DNA of 7,508 nucleotides, from NCBI RefSeq assembly GCF_035285525.1, contig NZ_JAYKGW010000051.1:1-7508 (forward strand). Direction: 5' to 3'. Each line of letters starts with the position of its first letter. Positions within the stretch are counted from its first letter, which is position 1. Shown piece after piece: positions 5,885-7,508 of the stretch. A program made the position numbers and the translations under genes. The DNA is from Okeania sp. Lineage in GTDB: Bacteria; Cyanobacteriota; Cyanobacteriia; Cyanobacteriales; Microcoleaceae. The notes below the pieces were generated by a model that searched no databases, had not been told where the DNA came from, and saw only the letters and a program-made list of their open reading frames with translations.

Positions 5885-6712
5885 ATGTACAAAGATAAAC
5901 TCAAAGCACCAATCACACTAATTTCACATGGTAGATCGGGAACATCCTTACTACAAAATATTTTTGATGCTCACCCAGACATATCAGTAGCTGGAGAAAC
6001 AGCCGACTTAATATTCGGCACTTGGTATTCAATCTCTAAGATTAAGGGAATCGTTCCCGGTTTGTTTGATGAAAACGGAAAACTTGTTCCTTGGGAAGAG
6101 CGTGTTGCTCTGGGAGTACGTGCTGTTTTTGATCAAATTTTTAATCTTGATAGAAAATATTGGATGCAGAAACCAATTTCACAACCTTTTATAATGCAAT
6201 TTTTAAAGATGCAAGAAAAGAATGAAAAAGATTGGTTTAATGTTTATTGGTCTGTCTTAGACCAAGTCTTTCCAGAAGGCAAATTTATCACTATTCTCAG
6301 AGAACCACGGGATGTTGTTCTTTCTTCTAAGGAGTATTGGGGTCGGGATCACGCTAATGTATGGGGTAATATTGCGACAATGGCACGATGTATTGCACAT
6401 GAGTCATCAAAAGTCAATTATGCGGTTAGTTTTGATGAGTTAGTTCAAGAACCTGAGCCAACTCTAAAAAAGCTTTTTGCCCATATTGATGTTCCTTACA
6501 GTTCAGATGTTTTAGCTGCATTAGAACATATTTATGTTCCTGACCAAAAAAAGTGGAAACAGGATAAAAGTCTTTTTGAAGACAAAATTAAAAGGGGTTT
6601 TTCACGGCAAAAAGACTGGAAAGATTTGGATATGTCTATAGTAAAAACTGAAGATTTAGAGGCTATTGAAAAACTTTGGAATAAATTTGGTTATTCTTTA
6701 AATCTAAATTAG
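5885..6712 (+). CDS. PAPS-dependent sulfotransferase, Sulfotransfer_1/3-type (P-loop-like GRSGTS)
   Basis: The 5'-PSB loop is ISHGRSGTSLLQNIFDAHPDI (HGRSGTSLL at nt 5927-5953). The 3'-PB motif is ITILREPRDVVLSS (REPRDVVLSS at nt 6299-6328). A good SD, AAGGAAG (5874-5880), precedes the ATG at 5885. Stop TAG at 6710-6712. I could align no similarity to the neighbouring Sulfotransfer_2 gene. Confidence 0.85.
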   Translation: MYKDKLKAPITLISHGRSGTSLLQNIFDAHPDISVAGETADLIFGTWYSISKIKGIVPGLFDENGKLVPWEERVALGVRAVFDQIFNLDRKYWMQKPISQPFIMQFLKMQEKNEKDWFNVYWSVLDQVFPEGKFITILREPRDVVLSSKEYWGRDHANVWGNIATMARCIAHESSKVNYAVSFDELVQEPEPTLKKLFAHIDVPYSSDVLAALEHIYVPDQKKWKQDKSLFEDKIKRGFSRQKDWKDLDMSIVKTEDLEAIEKLWNKFGYSLNLN

Positions 6713-6719
6713 TTTTGAC

Positions 6720-6817
6720 AAATAGTCAAGACTTAAACAAAGCAACCAAGAAACAGGGTTTATTGCCGTGATATTGTGGCTAAAACCAAGAAATTTCCGT
6801 AAAGAAACCCGGTTTCT
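6720..6817. mobile_element. MITE-like dispersed repeat, copy 3 (short form lacking the nested insert and the right terminal GCGTAAGTCCT)
   Basis: 6728-6761 aligns to 730-763 at 29 of 34 positions. 6762-6817 aligns to 879-933. The 115 bp at 764-878 of copy 1 is absent here. It starts 7 nt after the TAG stop. Confidence 0.6.
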
Positions 6818-6834
6818 ATGAGAAACCGGATTTC
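6804..6834. terminator. Strong hairpin between convergent genes (possible bidirectional terminator or RNA-stabilising stem)
   Basis: GAAACCCGGTTTCT (6804-6817), loop ATG, AGAAACCGGATTTC (6821-6834), 13 of 14 pairs. There is no clear U-tract on the plus strand. On the minus strand it is followed by TTTACGGAAATTT, a weak tract. It sits between stop 6712 (+) and stop 6866 (-). Confidence 0.3.
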
Positions 6835-6843
6835 TGGGTTCCC

Positions 6844-6864
6844 TTAATTATTAATTATTAATTA
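6844..6864. repeat. Heptanucleotide tandem repeat (TTAATTA) x3
   Basis: Three perfect units at 6844-6850, 6851-6857 and 6858-6864, ending 1 nt before the stop codon (6866-6868, TAA on the minus strand) of the pentapeptide gene. Confidence 0.8.
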
Positions 6865-6865
6865 T

Positions 6866-7417
6866 TTAATATCCATCAGGACTAATAGTTGTACGATCGT
6901 ATTCTGCCATTGATAAATCAACTTGTCTAGCTCGAAACAAATTACACCATCCTAATTTAGCATTATCTAACTTTGCTTTTTCTAGGTTAGCTCCTCTTAA
7001 ATCTGCATATCTTAAATCTGTATCTCTTAAATCTGCATTATATAAATTTGCACCTTGTAAATTAACTCTAACTAAATTTGCACCTCGCAGATTAGCATTA
7101 CGCAAATTAGCTCTAGATAGATTTCCCTCTTGAATATTTGTATTTGATAAATTAGCTTTATAAAGTTTAATATCTCCCATTTCTGCCTCTCGTAAATTAC
7201 ATCCTTTAAGGTTAGCTTGATTTAAGTTGGCATAGGGTAAATAAGCTTTGGTTAAATTACAACCTTCTAAATTAATTCCTTCTAAATCAGCTTCAAATAA
7301 TTCAATATTACTTAAATCAATCCCAACAAATTCTCTTTGCCCCTCAGCATATTTCCATAGTAATTCCTCTGAACCCATTTTCTCCATTTTCGTATTTTTA
7401 AAGCTAATTGTTAGCAC
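6866..7417 (-). CDS. Pentapeptide-repeat protein (Rfr-type right-handed beta-helix), small and soluble
   Basis: About 26 consecutive A(D/N)LXX-type pentapeptides, for example ANLNQ ANLKG CNLRE ... ANLRN ANLRG ANLVR VNLQG ANLYN ADLRD TDLRY ADLRG ANLEK AKLDN AKLGW. The listed start at 7417 is a GTG. In-frame ATGs at 7387 (MEKMG) and 7378 are equally plausible, so the start is uncertain by up to 13 codons. Confidence 0.85.
   Translation of the reverse strand: MLTISFKNTKMEKMGSEELLWKYAEGQREFVGIDLSNIELFEADLEGINLEGCNLTKAYLPYANLNQANLKGCNLREAEMGDIKLYKANLSNTNIQEGNLSRANLRNANLRGANLVRVNLQGANLYNADLRDTDLRYADLRGANLEKAKLDNAKLGWCNLFRARQVDLSMAEYDRTTISPDGY
6994..7038. repeat. Three tandem 15-bp units inside the pentapeptide CDS
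   Basis: CTCTTAAATCTGCAT (6994-7008), ATCTTAAATCTGTAT (7009-7023) and CTCTTAAATCTGCAT (7024-7038). Units 1 and 3 are identical. They encode the DLRDT DLRYA DLRGA segment on the minus strand. Confidence 0.8.
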
Positions 7418-7444
7418 TTGATAACCATCATTTATTAAATAAAT

Positions 7445-7464
7445 AATAAGTATTTATACTTATT
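7445..7464. promoter_or_regulatory. 20-bp palindrome upstream of the pentapeptide-repeat gene (candidate operator or hairpin)
   Basis: AATAAGTAT (7445-7453), TT, ATACTTATT (7456-7464), with perfect 9-bp arms. It lies 28-47 nt upstream of the GTG at 7417 and 58-77 nt upstream of the ATG at 7387. The context is AT-rich, so chance is not negligible. Confidence 0.25.
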
Positions 7465-7508
7465 TGGATTATCAAAATTTATACTAAGATGGCTTTACAA
7501 AAATTATT

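Noticed and set aside
730-6835. Could the recurring AAGACTTAC / AAACCCGGTTT repeats be a CRISPR array?
   Set aside because: The copies occur in inverted orientation as hairpin arms. They are irregularly spaced, kilobases apart, and separated by genes. There are no uniform repeat-spacer units and no cas genes.
1-7508. tRNA, rRNA, transposase, integrase, phage or toxin-antitoxin genes
   Set aside because: No ORF shows transposase or integrase motifs. No cloverleaf-like or rRNA-like segments were recognised. The mobile-looking elements are all non-autonomous, with no coding capacity.

Overview
This window looks like a low-GC accessory glycan-modification island from a cyanobacterium, probably a filamentous Nostocales-type genome. 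That guess rests on the pentapeptide-repeat gene, heptamer tandem repeats, and dense palindromic dispersed repeats in every intergenic spacer. It cannot be verified without a database search. There are six credible CDSs. (1) The 3' part of a GT1/GT4-type glycosyltransferase, truncated by the window edge. (2) A 700-aa minus-strand protein with three N-terminal TPRs, a low-complexity linker, a roughly 300-aa orphan region, and a C-terminal region whose motifs resemble by eye the nucleotide-sugar-binding half of GT10-like fucosyltransferases. (3) A class I SAM-dependent methyltransferase. (4) A Sulfotransfer_2-type (carbohydrate sulfotransferase-like) enzyme with a predicted N-terminal membrane anchor. 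(5) A second, unrelated Sulfotransfer_1/3-type PAPS sulfotransferase. (6) A small pentapeptide-repeat protein. No rRNA, tRNA, CRISPR array or recognisable defence, toxin or phage genes were seen. The two most interesting items are the candidate sulfated and methylated glycan tailoring module built around the uncharacterised TPR-fused transferase-like protein, and the family of MITE-like hairpin repeats. The repeats sit directly behind stop codons and include an internal filled-site versus empty-site comparison with a TA duplication. All functional calls come from remembered motifs read off the translations. No searches or folding programs were run.
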